This document shows positions 30,323-40,653 of a stretch of DNA of 64,000 bases, piece after piece. This DNA comes from Gammaproteobacteria bacterium (GTDB lineage: Bacteria; Pseudomonadota; Gammaproteobacteria; UBA4575). Both the position numbers and the translations under genes were made by a program. The stretch's first letter is position 1, and every line of letters starts with the position of its first letter. Under the pieces are notes generated by a model, which saw only the letters and a list, made by a program, of their open reading frames with translations, had not been told where the DNA came from and did no database searches. The stretch covers positions 352,001 to 416,000 of the forward strand of contig CBDCTA010000022.1 in assembly GCA_965221955.1 (NCBI GenBank), written 5' to 3'.

Positions 30323-32215
30323 ATGCGTAATCAAGATTATGACGATATTGCAGTTGCCCGAAACACTTGCGGTACATGTTTTGAAAATATTTTAAAACGT
30401 CGCATAAGCCGTCGTACATTTTTACAAGGAATGTGTACTACAAGTACAACTCTTGCATTTACAAATGATGTGATAGGGGCTAATACGAATTCATCGCTTT
30501 CATTTTCAGAAATTGCACACGGCTTAGATGAAAATTTGCATATTCCTGAAGACTATTCTGTACAGGTGTTATTAAAGTGGGGTGATTCTTTATTTTCTAA
30601 TACAGATGAATTCAATCCTTATGATCAAAGTGCTACGTCGCAGTTAACACGCTTTGGTTATAACAATGATTTTGTAGCGTATATGCCAATCGGAAAATCT
30701 AACAACTCATCTACACATGGTTTGTTAATTGTGAATCATGAATATGTGAATAGTTCTTTGATGCATCCTGGTTCGCCTCATCCATTTGAATTAAGCCGTG
30801 AACAAGTTGATACGGAAATGGCAGCGCATGGCTTAAGCATCGTAGAAGTACAAAAAAAAGCTAAAACATGGAAGGTTAATTACCGTACTCAATACAATCG
30901 TCGTATAACGCCTTTAACTTCGATGCAGCTAGCAGGGCCGGCTCGTGGACATCCAAGAGTAAAAACTAAATTTTCACCAAAGGGTGAAATTTGCCTAGGA
31001 ACTTTTGGAAATTGTGCAGGAAGCATTACACCATGGGGAACCGTGCTGACTGCAGAAGAAAATATCCAAACTTATTTTATAGGTAAAGCGAAAAACACGA
31101 ATGAATATGAAAGCTACAAACGTTTTGGATTATTAGGTAGCAAAACGGCTTTGTCTGTGTGGGGTAAATACCATCCACCTTGGAACCTCAATCATCATCC
31201 TCAAGCAGCGATGCATGCGGGTTGGGTCGTAGAATTCGATCCTTATGATCCAAATTTTGTACCGATTAAACGTACTGCCTTAGGCCGTTGCAAACATGAG
31301 GGTTGTGGGGTGCATATTAATAAAGATGGCAGAGTAGTGATCTACATGGGAGATGATCAAATATTTGAATATGTTTATCGTTTTGTAAGTAAAAATAAAT
31401 ATCAGGCAGGTCAACAAAAACATAATCTATCGCTCTTAGACGAAGGTGAGCTTGCCGTTGCTGAATTTACGGATCAAGGTTCTATCATTTGGCATCCCTT
31501 GAAATATGGTAGCCGTCCGCATACCAAAGAAAATGGATTCAATAGCCAAGCAGATGTTGTGTTAGATTTGCGCAAAGCTGCCGATTTGGTTGGCGCCACA
31601 CCAATGGATAGGCCTGAAGAAATTAAAGTTAGCCCAAAATCTGGCAATGTGTTTGCAGTGCTTACGAATAATTTTAAACGTGATCCACTGCGTACTGATG
31701 CGGCAAATCCCCGGGCATTAAATCGCCATGGGCATATCCTAGAGCTCATTCCTCCCCAACAAGACCACAGTGCAAGAGAGTATAAGTGGGAAGTTTTTAT
31801 CTTGGCGGGCGATCCACAAAGCAAGTTGGATCGTGCTTATTACCATTCTCAGATTTCAGAAAATGGTTGGTTCTCTAATCCCGATAACTGCAGTTTTGAT
31901 GAAAATGGAAATCTTTGGATTGCTACCGACGGTTTTAATCGCTCAGGTAAAGCGGATGGTATCTGGATAAGTGCTACTGAAGGAAAAAATAAAGCACTTA
32001 GTAAACAGTTTTTACGTGCACCAATCGGTGCAGAAATTTGTAGCCCTTGTTTTACGCCAGATCAAAAAACCATGTTTTGTTCTGTACAGCATCCGGGTGA
32101 TGATTCTAGTTTTGATCAACCATCTACGCGTTGGCCGGATTTTGATGAGCAATTACCACCACGCCCTTCGGTCATCGCAGTTCAGCGTGATGATGATAAG
32201 CAGTTGCTTGCATAG
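30323..32215 (+). CDS. phoX: PhoX-family alkaline phosphatase, Tat exported
   Basis: SRRTFL Tat motif, GYNNDF, VNHEY, NCAG, TAEEN, MDRPEE, NPDN, VQHPG. Confidence 0.92.
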   Translation: MRNQDYDDIAVARNTCGTCFENILKRRISRRTFLQGMCTTSTTLAFTNDVIGANTNSSLSFSEIAHGLDENLHIPEDYSVQVLLKWGDSLFSNTDEFNPYDQSATSQLTRFGYNNDFVAYMPIGKSNNSSTHGLLIVNHEYVNSSLMHPGSPHPFELSREQVDTEMAAHGLSIVEVQKKAKTWKVNYRTQYNRRITPLTSMQLAGPARGHPRVKTKFSPKGEICLGTFGNCAGSITPWGTVLTAEENIQTYFIGKAKNTNEYESYKRFGLLGSKTALSVWGKYHPPWNLNHHPQAAMHAGWVVEFDPYDPNFVPIKRTALGRCKHEGCGVHINKDGRVVIYMGDDQIFEYVYRFVSKNKYQAGQQKHNLSLLDEGELAVAEFTDQGSIIWHPLKYGSRPHTKENGFNSQADVVLDLRKAADLVGATPMDRPEEIKVSPKSGNVFAVLTNNFKRDPLRTDAANPRALNRHGHILELIPPQQDHSAREYKWEVFILAGDPQSKLDRAYYHSQISENGWFSNPDNCSFDENGNLWIATDGFNRSGKADGIWISATEGKNKALSKQFLRAPIGAEICSPCFTPDQKTMFCSVQHPGDDSSFDQPSTRWPDFDEQLPPRPSVIAVQRDDDKQLLA

Positions 32216-32231
32216 TACTGGTTTGGAGAAC

Positions 32232-32260
32232 AAAAAAGCCAGCTACTGCTGGCTTCTTTA
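32232..32260. terminator. Bidirectional terminator between convergent phoX and PEP-CTERM genes
   Basis: AAAAAAGCCAGC-TACT-GCTGGCTTCTTT. Confidence 0.8.
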
Positions 32261-32280
32261 TAAATAAAAAATGTTATTAA

Positions 32281-33015
32281 TTACTTAAATAACTTTTTCT
32301 TTCTTGTAGCGCCTAGACCTAAAAGACCAAGGCCCATTAAAGCAAACGTTGCAGGTTCAGGTACTTGTGTTGTGATGCATCCACGATCATTTGTGTCACA
32401 ATCACCATCATAGTTGGTGTCAAACCATGCATTATTGCGTGGATAAAATCGTTCAATCGAACCATCAGGGTTAAAACTTGAGCTTAAGTTATAAGACGGA
32501 TGAAACCAAATGCCAATATTAGTTGCGAATTGTGTGCCATCCCAGTCAGGACCTAATGCAGCATTGTTGATGGCAGTCGCATCCAAGCTAAAACCAAATA
32601 CGTCACTACCGTTATCGTAAGTTGCACTGGAATAATCTCCTAGATAGGGGTTTGCCATCCAGCTACCCGCATTATTGTTTCCATTGTAGGCATAAGCGGA
32701 TAAGTTGCTTGAAGTGTAGTTGCCATAAAAAATAGTGTATTCAAGAGGATTATTTTTTGGATTAGGGCCATCGCTGATAACTAACCAAAACCCATCAGGT
32801 GTGCTTGTGCCACTGTAATCTACTTCCCAGCTAAACTGGTTATTTGCATCATTGAAAGACGCAGAAATAGAGTCATAACCAAGATTGTTACTAGTGGCGT
32901 AACTACCACCAAATAATCCTGGATTATTTGTGTTATAGGTATAGATCGTAGCATTTGCAGTGGCTGCAAAAACGCAACTCGCAAAAAACAGTAATGCTGT
33001 TTTTGAAATGTTCAT
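32281..33015 (-). CDS. PEP-CTERM sorting-domain surface protein
   Basis: Signal peptide from ATG 33015 (MNISKTALL..ANA); C-terminal VPEP-ATFALMGLGLLGLG-RKKK. Confidence 0.92.
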   Translation of the reverse strand: MNISKTALLFFASCVFAATANATIYTYNTNNPGLFGGSYATSNNLGYDSISASFNDANNQFSWEVDYSGTSTPDGFWLVISDGPNPKNNPLEYTIFYGNYTSSNLSAYAYNGNNNAGSWMANPYLGDYSSATYDNGSDVFGFSLDATAINNAALGPDWDGTQFATNIGIWFHPSYNLSSSFNPDGSIERFYPRNNAWFDTNYDGDCDTNDRGCITTQVPEPATFALMGLGLLGLGATRKKKLFK

Positions 33016-33138
33016 TATGTCGACTTCCTTCCTTAGAATATTGTAATTGGCAATGGCTAGGTGAGCATAAGCTAGTCCTACACTTAGCCGTAGGGATAAG
33101 TAAATCAAGGAATATACTATTGAATTAGCTTATTTTAA

Positions 33139-33169
33139 GCAGTGAGCTTACTCACAGAAAGCTCACTGC
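33139..33169. repeat. Inverted repeat with 11-bp arms
   Basis: GCAGTGAGCTT-N9-AAGCTCACTGC between EF-hand and PEP-CTERM genes; possible terminator or operator. Confidence 0.6.
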
Positions 33170-33248
33170 CAACATAAGGAATGTAAATTTATGTAAACAC
33201 CATCATAGTTTTGAGAAAAAAATTACGTGGTAAAAGTAGGAAAAATAC

Positions 33249-33545
33249 TTACTTTTCGTCTGGATGAACAAATGAATCTGTCCATGGAGAAAGCTGGATA
33301 AATTCTCTAAATTCAGCACGGTTAATTAAGCCATTTGAGTCTTCATCAAAACGATCAAAAATTTCATCTTCACCTAAGTTATAAACGGCCTTGGCCTCAT
33401 CACGATCGAGGCGTTCATTGCGATTTAAATCTGCACCCCAAAAAAGACCATCTTCATAACTGCGTCCGCCACCAGACATTCCCGCGATTGAAGTGAGAGG
33501 AAGCAACACGAGTGTTGCAGCAAATAGTGCATAAATATATTTCAT
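33249..33545 (-). CDS. Small exported EF-hand protein
   Basis: Signal peptide; loops DLNRNERLDRDE and DEDSNGLINRAE. Confidence 0.8.
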   Translation of the reverse strand: MKYIYALFAATLVLLPLTSIAGMSGGGRSYEDGLFWGADLNRNERLDRDEAKAVYNLGEDEIFDRFDEDSNGLINRAEFREFIQLSPWTDSFVHPDEK

Positions 33546-33909
33546 CGTTTTACTCCAGAATATTTTTTCTATGTGAATAGTAGACCTTATTACTAACTAA
33601 AAATTACATTCGATTGAGTAAAAAAGTTGGATTTTCTAAAATTATGCCTATAAAGAAAATAATGAAAATTTATAGGAGTATCTGTTTGCTATGACATTCA
33701 AAAAAATGAAGCCGTTTCTCTCTTAACAAACTAGCATGGCTCTCTATCCATACCTTATTAACCGAAAGAAATTTATTTAATCAGTGAGTACAGATTGAAT
33801 GCAATAAAGTTCAAAGCTTTTTTATAAAATTTCTGTGTGGTTATAAGGGTATGTGGGGTATATAAAAATCAACTTCGACTAAACTAATCTTTATCTGCAA
33901 AAGTACAAT

Positions 33910-34632
33910 TTAGAATTTTAGCGTAGCAGAAATTGGATTGTGGTCAGAAGAGTTAACGTAATGAGTGCCAGTGTTTTCAGCCTTTAAGGATCGCACATAG
34001 ATATGATCTAGCAATTGACCGAAAACGGTCTTGCGGTGATCTTCCTGAAAAGACAGCGCATCTAAGCCATGTTCAAGTGCCAAAGATTCAAGAATTTTCA
34101 TACGTTTTTTGCGCCAAGTATTGAAGTCACCCGATAGAATCACGGGGCCTTCATGCTGAGCTAAAAAATCATGTATCTTATTAATTTGTTTGCGAAACTG
34201 ATTTACACCAAAAGTAAAATTAATCGCATGGATGTTTATCACAATAAGTGTTTCATCCGTACCTGATATTGCATACTCGGTAATATTAGTAGCTTTTGGT
34301 GTGGCAAGCCACGGTTCCCAACAAGTGAGATGATGTTTTCTAAGTGGCTGATATTTACTAATGGTCATCACACCAGTGACACGTGACTTATTTCGATAGC
34401 CTTTGCTATATGATGAATGCACAGATTCACCAACCACTTCAGCTAAGTCTGCATTTAAAAGGGCTTCTTGAATAATTACTAAGTCTTTACCTTCTGCAAG
34501 ATCTAGCAAATCTTCACGCCAATTAGGTTTTTTACCTTGTTTCATATTCCAACACAGGAAATTAATACTCGCAGCATCAAGTGCTGAGTAATTGGGTTCT
34601 AATGCGGATTTGGACGGATTATTTAGAAACAA
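33910..34632 (-). CDS. Endonuclease/exonuclease/phosphatase family protein (YafD-like)
   Basis: LCWN, IIQEA, INIHAINF, SGDFNTW, LDHIY, SDHNPI. Confidence 0.88.
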   Translation of the reverse strand: MFLNNPSKSALEPNYSALDAASINFLCWNMKQGKKPNWREDLLDLAEGKDLVIIQEALLNADLAEVVGESVHSSYSKGYRNKSRVTGVMTISKYQPLRKHHLTCWEPWLATPKATNITEYAISGTDETLIVINIHAINFTFGVNQFRKQINKIHDFLAQHEGPVILSGDFNTWRKKRMKILESLALEHGLDALSFQEDHRKTVFGQLLDHIYVRSLKAENTGTHYVNSSDHNPISATLKF

Positions 34633-34804
34633 GTGATTTCCATATCTATGTTGAAGTTAATTAGAATATCCAAAGATAACCTATTTAGAAATAATTAAAA
34701 GTAATAGACTGTATATAAGGACAAACACGAGGAATACAAGGTTGTCTTAGAATTAATTGAAAGAAAAAATATTGAAATTGCCGAAAATAATGACCAGTTA
34801 CTAC

Positions 34805-35719
34805 TCATTTTCTGCGTTCTAGCACTTCCTCAAAGCGTTTTAGCTCATCTAATGCTCTTGTATAACCAAATTCTATAAGCTCTTCGGCACGATCAAACTC
34901 AAACCAACTACATATATTGCGTGGTATTTCAATGACGATATCTGGTCGATCCGCAGCTAGCTTAAAGCGCGCAATTGAGCTTTGCATGGTATCCATAGAC
35001 TGAGTTACAAGATTGAAAAGCCCTAAATCCTGCTTACTTTTATCATTTGCACCTTTAGGTAATAGTCCTTCAATAAATTTCTCAATGCCAAGTTGATATT
35101 TATTTTTACCTTGATCTTCCGTGTCTTCGTGTTGCTCGGTTCCATGTTCTGGTTCAAAAATTTCTGCTGGACCATTTAGTCCTATTGCAACGGTTAATTC
35201 AGTATCGTCATTTAAGGTAGGTGCAATAGGGATGGGGTTAATGATTCCACCGTCTACTAATAATCTATCTTGATATTGAACCGGTGAAAAAATCATGGGT
35301 ACTGCAATTGAGGCACGAATTGCTTCAAATAATGAACCATTAGTAAGCCAGATTTCTTTTTGCTCAAGAATATCTGTGGCTACTGCAGTGTACCCAATTG
35401 GCAAATTTTCTATCATACGATCTTTGATGATCTCATTAAGTGCCTCAATAATTTTTTCACCTTTAAATATAGATTTCCTGTTAAACGAAATATCGAGTAG
35501 ACGAATAATATCTCTTCGTTTTAACTCTTTTACCCAATCTAAATAAGTATCTAATTCGCCCGCAGCATAAATGCCACCAATTAACGCTCCCATGGAGGAT
35601 CCAGAGATGTACTGAATTTCGTAATCATTTTCTTCTAAGCAATGAATTGCACCGATGTGCGCTAAACCACGTGCAGCACCACTTCCAAGTACGAGTGAAA
35701 TTTTTGTTTTCTTTTTCAA
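34805..35719 (-). CDS. Patatin-like phospholipase (RssA/NTE type)
   Basis: GSGAARGLAHIG, GSSMG, LVDGG. Confidence 0.9.
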   Translation of the reverse strand: MKKKTKISLVLGSGAARGLAHIGAIHCLEENDYEIQYISGSSMGALIGGIYAAGELDTYLDWVKELKRRDIIRLLDISFNRKSIFKGEKIIEALNEIIKDRMIENLPIGYTAVATDILEQKEIWLTNGSLFEAIRASIAVPMIFSPVQYQDRLLVDGGIINPIPIAPTLNDDTELTVAIGLNGPAEIFEPEHGTEQHEDTEDQGKNKYQLGIEKFIEGLLPKGANDKSKQDLGLFNLVTQSMDTMQSSIARFKLAADRPDIVIEIPRNICSWFEFDRAEELIEFGYTRALDELKRFEEVLERRK

Positions 35720-35733
35720 AGTCTAAATAAGTT

Positions 35734-37155
35734 TTATAAGTAAGGTGAAAATAACCATGCAATACCATCACGAACTTTAATCAGTAACGGTCGATTATCT
35801 ACTTCTTCCAAAGTTACATTTTTACAAGTTAGTAAAATATTTTGAGCGTAATTACTCAATTTGGTTGCAAATTCTGCATCATAAACTTCTAAACCTACTT
35901 CATAATTTAACCTAAGACTACGAGGGTCGATGTTCGCAGATCCAATAAGGCTGTATAAATTATCGATTATGAATAATTTTGAATGAGAAAATGGTCCTGG
36001 TTGATAGAAAACATTCACTCCATTTTCAAGCAATTCCCAAAGCATGTGGTGGGTTGCCCAGTTCACATAATTTAAGTTGTTTTTCTCTGGCAAAATAATA
36101 GTGACATTTACTCCACGAAATGCTGCAGTCTGTAATGCTGCAATCAATTCTCGGTTGGGTAAAAAATACGGTGTCATTAAAATAATAGTCTGCTTGGCAG
36201 AATTGATTGCGCTTAATAAAATGATTGATAGATGATCTAAATTCTCACCAGGCCCATCAGTAATCGTTCGGCAAATTATTGAAGTATTTGAGTTTGGTGC
36301 ACTTATATTCGTATTTTCTTTAATCTTACCTCCTACAAATTGCCAATCGGTCTCAAAAACATTTTGTAATTGATCCACTACAGGTCCAGTAACTTTAAAA
36401 TGAATGTCTTTTAAAGAAGGTTTCGTATTTTCATCGTATTGATAATATTCTTGCGAAATATTCATTCCTCCAATAAAGCTAAGGTTGCCATCTATAACTA
36501 ATAACTTGCGATGGTTACGTAAATTAATACTTAAATTTAATGGTATTAGCTTCGGCGGCAAAAAGCGTAATACCTGTATGTCATTCTTTAAAAGTGTTCG
36601 CCGCACTTTTCGAAATGAGTAAAACTCCCCAATACCATCAATCAATACATATACCTCAACGCCACGATTTTTAGCTGCAACGAGTGCTTCAATAAATTGT
36701 TTGCCGATTTTGTCTTTTTTGAAAATATATACACATAAATATATAAAATTTTCTGCAGAATTAATTGCACTCAGCATCGCATTATAAGTTTGCTCACCGG
36801 AATAAAACTCATCTAGCTGATTGTCTTCAGTCAAGGGTAGGCGAGTGATATGACTGGATACTTTCTCTAAGCTTTTTAATGGTTTCGGAATTTGATTCTT
36901 TAAATCACTATGCGTAATTCTCTCTTGCTTGTGTATATTGTCTTTAGGTATTGAAATGCTTAGTCGAAGTGCGCGTTTTCGGACACGATTTATTCCAAAC
37001 ATGAAATAAAGCAATGGGCCAAAAAAAGGTAGAAGAAAACAAACGCCAATCCAACCAAAAGCAGCTCTAGGATCTTTTTTATAAATTAAAGCGTGTGTAG
37101 CTGAATAAACAGCTACCACTAATAAAAACACACTTATTGCATACTGATAAGGCAT
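35734..37155 (-). CDS. cls: Cardiolipin synthase
   Basis: Two N-terminal TMs (PLDc_N), HKD motifs HRKLLVID and HSKLFIID, GSANID. Confidence 0.92.
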   Translation of the reverse strand: MPYQYAISVFLLVVAVYSATHALIYKKDPRAAFGWIGVCFLLPFFGPLLYFMFGINRVRKRALRLSISIPKDNIHKQERITHSDLKNQIPKPLKSLEKVSSHITRLPLTEDNQLDEFYSGEQTYNAMLSAINSAENFIYLCVYIFKKDKIGKQFIEALVAAKNRGVEVYVLIDGIGEFYSFRKVRRTLLKNDIQVLRFLPPKLIPLNLSINLRNHRKLLVIDGNLSFIGGMNISQEYYQYDENTKPSLKDIHFKVTGPVVDQLQNVFETDWQFVGGKIKENTNISAPNSNTSIICRTITDGPGENLDHLSIILLSAINSAKQTIILMTPYFLPNRELIAALQTAAFRGVNVTIILPEKNNLNYVNWATHHMLWELLENGVNVFYQPGPFSHSKLFIIDNLYSLIGSANIDPRSLRLNYEVGLEVYDAEFATKLSNYAQNILLTCKNVTLEEVDNRPLLIKVRDGIAWLFSPYL

Positions 37156-37245
37156 TTTGTGTGCGCGGGTGTCCCAAAACCCTTATTTTAAAATTTCAAT
37201 GGTTGATGTGCACATTCGATACTATAATAATTTTGCATTATATAC

Positions 37246-37259
37246 TTGATTTATATCAA
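37246..37259. promoter_or_regulatory. FNR/FixK box (perfect)
   Basis: TTGATTTATATCAA between divergent cls and cytochrome c; TACTCT at 37281 fits class II spacing. Confidence 0.85.
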
Positions 37260-37308
37260 AAATAATCTGACTGTATCGATTACTCTAAAAGCGAACAAAT
37301 AAGACGGA

Positions 37309-37773
37309 GTGAATATGAAAATTCTAAAAAAGTTTATGGCGAATAGTTTAACACTTATCGTAGTTTCCATTATTTTAACCGGCCCCACGCATGCCGGAGA
37401 TTTGATGGAGCTTACTGAGACTGATGATGCCGTAATCGAGGGTGAGAAAGAGTACCAAGAGAGATGTGCACTCTGCCATGGAGAAAATGGTAAAGGAGAT
37501 GGCCCATATTCTTTTGCTCTAGTTTTTAAACCTGCAGATTTGACTAAATTACTTAAGGAGGACGGCACGTTTCCTTTTTTAGAAACATATTTAATTATCG
37601 ATGGGCGTGATATGAATAAATATCATGGCACACGTTTAATGCCGATATGGGGAGATCGATATAGTCAAGAAACTTGGACTCATGTTAGTCCTGATTTTGC
37701 TAGCACCTTAATTAGGGGGCGTATATTTGAGCTGGTGTTATTCCTATATTCAATCCAAGATCCGGCACTATAA
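37309..37773 (+). CDS. Exported monoheme cytochrome c (paralog 1)
   Basis: Signal peptide, CALCH, PADLT, HGTRLMPIWG. Confidence 0.9.
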   Translation: MNMKILKKFMANSLTLIVVSIILTGPTHAGDLMELTETDDAVIEGEKEYQERCALCHGENGKGDGPYSFALVFKPADLTKLLKEDGTFPFLETYLIIDGRDMNKYHGTRLMPIWGDRYSQETWTHVSPDFASTLIRGRIFELVLFLYSIQDPAL

Positions 37774-37807
37774 ATTTGTACTAATAAGAAGTTAGGAGGT
37801 ATATAAA

Positions 37808-37993
37808 ATGCTAGGCGGAATTATTTTAATTATTGCTGGAATTCTTGTAGCAGTTTACCCACCACTTTTATCGCTAATTGTAGCCTCAGTGTTAATATTA
37901 TTAGGCATCATCACAGTTTCTATTGCCTATCATAATAGGAAATTACGCAGACATTATGACAACCCTGTAATTGAGCTATTTTTTAGACTATAA
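37808..37993 (+). CDS. Small two-TM membrane protein (DUF3096-like)
   Basis: 61 aa, IAGILVAVYPPLLSLIVA; RBS AGGAGG. Confidence 0.75.
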   Translation: MLGGIILIIAGILVAVYPPLLSLIVASVLILLGIITVSIAYHNRKLRRHYDNPVIELFFRL

Positions 37994-38029
37994 AAAAACT
38001 TTTAACAAAAAGCCTATCCTTAGTATCAG

Positions 38030-38584
38030 ATGTTTAACATCGATCAAGACGATATTAGAAGAATTTCTGGGCAACTTGATACCCTGTATACTGCTTTAAA
38101 ATGCTATGTTTATTACACAGAGGTGAAAAGTAAACTCGATATAGAAAAGAACAATGCGCAGTGCTGGGGATTTATTGAGTTTACCTTGATGTATACGATG
38201 CTAATAAATTGGAATGAAATATTTGGCATCAATGCTAAAGGAAATCACTGGAAAGAACTTACTTTTGAGCAAGATGAATATATAGATAAACTCTATGATT
38301 CGGGGGGATATACCTATGCAAGTTGGTCTGAATATCGCCGTAAAATAAATGATCTTTGTAATACGTTTATTTCGTTTCCAGATCCATACCATCATAAAAA
38401 TCAAGAGTATGATTTAACAGGCATAAAAGTTTCACTAGAAGTCACCCATCATTGGCTACATAAGATTGTAGCTGATGCCAGCGATATTCTTAGTAACGAA
38501 GAAGCAGAGAAATGGCCGATTGCCAATATCAATTATATTGAGGAGCTAAAAAAAGAAATTCAGGCTGTTTTTAATAATGCATAG
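38030..38584 (+). CDS. Hypothetical helical protein, possibly degenerate HEPN-like
   Basis: WNEIFG...NHWK...WSEYRRKINDLCNTFISFPD pattern. Confidence 0.6.
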   Translation: MFNIDQDDIRRISGQLDTLYTALKCYVYYTEVKSKLDIEKNNAQCWGFIEFTLMYTMLINWNEIFGINAKGNHWKELTFEQDEYIDKLYDSGGYTYASWSEYRRKINDLCNTFISFPDPYHHKNQEYDLTGIKVSLEVTHHWLHKIVADASDILSNEEAEKWPIANINYIEELKKEIQAVFNNA

Positions 38585-38607
38585 CTATTTATAGTATGAA
38601 GATATGA

Positions 38608-39045
38608 TTATCTTTTATTATTTTTATTATGTATAAGCTGTTGCATTTGTAGATAGGTGAAAGACGCTGTCCATGCGATGAGTACTAAACCGGTTAAAGC
38701 TTCGGAACCTGCGGTAAATCGAATGTGACCAACAGGTACAATGTCTCCATAGCCTAGAGACGTATAATTCACAAAAGAAAAATATACGCAATCTAATATC
38801 GTATTGCTAAATTCGCCAATTACTTCACCCGTATTATTGAGTGGCAGCAAAAAATAATATAAAAATGAAAACATCCATACTTCTATTACATGGGTAAGGA
38901 TGACGATAAGTACGCCTACGGGTAATAGCAGCCTCGAGGGCCATGAACGCTTAAAATGTTTTTCAGCGAGATGAGTCAACACTTCATAATGAAGCGCAAC
39001 GGCTAACACGATAACTAATATCGTGCTGATAAAAACGACTGGCAT
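38608..39045 (-). CDS. Potassium channel pore-domain protein (Ion_trans_2)
   Basis: YFSFVNYTSLGYGDIVP selectivity filter. Confidence 0.9.
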   Translation of the reverse strand: MPVVFISTILVIVLAVALHYEVLTHLAEKHFKRSWPSRLLLPVGVLIVILTHVIEVWMFSFLYYFLLPLNNTGEVIGEFSNTILDCVYFSFVNYTSLGYGDIVPVGHIRFTAGSEALTGLVLIAWTASFTYLQMQQLIHNKNNKR

Positions 39046-39097
39046 TTAGGATATTTAGTTTTAAATTTATCAAAAAATATCTATAAGCCAGACAACT

Positions 39098-39235
39098 TTA
39101 CCAATTAAATAAAGCGATTACGACCCAAAAAACTACAGAAAGTCCTACACATAAAACGGCGACTTCAAACCAATTTTCTTTAGTAAAAGTAGCCAATTCA
39201 TGGCAGAACTGATCAAATCTTGATGCGTATTTCAT
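39098..39235 (-). CDS. 45-aa small membrane protein (not in ORF track)
   Basis: MKYASRFDQFCHELATFTKENWFEVAVLCVGLSVVFWVVIALFNW*; RBS GGAG 7 nt upstream. Confidence 0.6.
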   Translation of the reverse strand: MKYASRFDQFCHELATFTKENWFEVAVLCVGLSVVFWVVIALFNW

Positions 39236-39370
39236 TGCTAATCTCCATTTGTTTAAATAAGTAACAAGTCATTACTTGCTGACTTAAATTCAATACTAAG
39301 CCAACAATTAAAAATTGATCTGAGCTAAGTCAATATCAGCTATACAAATGAATAATTGGGGATTAATTAT

Positions 39371-40450
39371 TTAGCTTCCCGTGGTGATCATGTTTATTAG
39401 CCAAGCTAATAGAATGACTTGAGGGACAGCAATTAGCGGTAGAAATAATGCAATTTTCCAAGACTTAGTCGTATCACGTAACACCATAATCTCAGTGTAA
39501 TCGGTAGATACACCCGTCATTAGAAAAGCGAAGCTATTCCCTGGTGCATTCGCGCGGGTCAATATATCTGCTGCAATGGGAGTGGAGCCTTCAGAACACA
39601 CCTCTATCACGGTTGCAGCAATCAGAGTTAAGGCAAGTCCCATTACTGTCGGGCCAAAATAAGTTTGAAAGGTATCAGCATCCAAAAGTACTCGAACCAA
39701 TCCTGCTAGTAATACACCAAATAATATCCAACGTATTACCATGCGTGATTCCATCACGCCATCTTTTAGCATCCCCCAAAAAAAAGATGTGCTAAACGTT
39801 GTAGCATTCCATCTAGATTTTGCTTCACGCCAGAATTGAAAGTTTTTGGGCAAGTCAATTTTATGGATATTATCCGGAAGTACTTTTGCAATGACTAACT
39901 TATCAAAAATGAGTCCAGTAATGATTGCAACCAACATAGAAGCTGCAATAAATAATAGCGTCCATTTCAGTCCGACTAATGCGATTAAAATCAGCGTCAG
40001 CGAAAATGAATTCCATGGGCTCGCAACCAAAAATGCCATCACTTGCCCTGCACTGACTCCTCTTTCATATAATTTTGCCCCGACCATTAAAATGCCATGA
40101 CTGCATAAATCCAGTAACACACCACCTATGGTGGCGCGCAAGATGCCACGTAAGCCATTACCTGTTCCAAGCAAGGAAACCACAAACTCTCTTGGAACCT
40201 TAGTTAATATCGCGACCATAACCATCCCAATGGCGATCCCCCACCAAATAGTATTAATTAATTCAAAAGTAGAATGGCTTAATGAAGCCAGCGGTGAGAT
40301 CGAAGAAATTTGGCTAGAAAAAAGCCAATGTAAACAATAAAGCACTATTGAGAGGATTAAAGTGCTCCAAAGCAAATAATCAGGCCGACCTTTTTTTACA
40401 TCGCAGCATGTGTTCTGCTTCGTAGTCTCTACATGACAATGCTCGCTCAT
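39371..40450 (-). CDS. ArsP/DUF318-type permease
   Basis: Repeated LCSHG / VCSEG motifs, AFLVASP, N-terminal His/Cys (HCH..CC). Confidence 0.8.
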   Translation of the reverse strand: MSEHCHVETTKQNTCCDVKKGRPDYLLWSTLILSIVLYCLHWLFSSQISSISPLASLSHSTFELINTIWWGIAIGMVMVAILTKVPREFVVSLLGTGNGLRGILRATIGGVLLDLCSHGILMVGAKLYERGVSAGQVMAFLVASPWNSFSLTLILIALVGLKWTLLFIAASMLVAIITGLIFDKLVIAKVLPDNIHKIDLPKNFQFWREAKSRWNATTFSTSFFWGMLKDGVMESRMVIRWILFGVLLAGLVRVLLDADTFQTYFGPTVMGLALTLIAATVIEVCSEGSTPIAADILTRANAPGNSFAFLMTGVSTDYTEIMVLRDTTKSWKIALFLPLIAVPQVILLAWLINMITTGS

Positions 40451-40653
40451 GAATACCCTTTAATGATCAGCTAAAAATGGTTGGTAAGTATTCTACTATT
40501 AACTTGCCAGCTAATCAGAGGAGTATCGAATATGCTCACAAATACTATAGAGATTTCTCCAAGCATGATTGATTTAAATTAGGTTATTCCAAGAGTGTGT
40601 ATTTGCTAGTGATCTATAAAATTAAATGAGAATAACGTAAGTATATTATGTGT

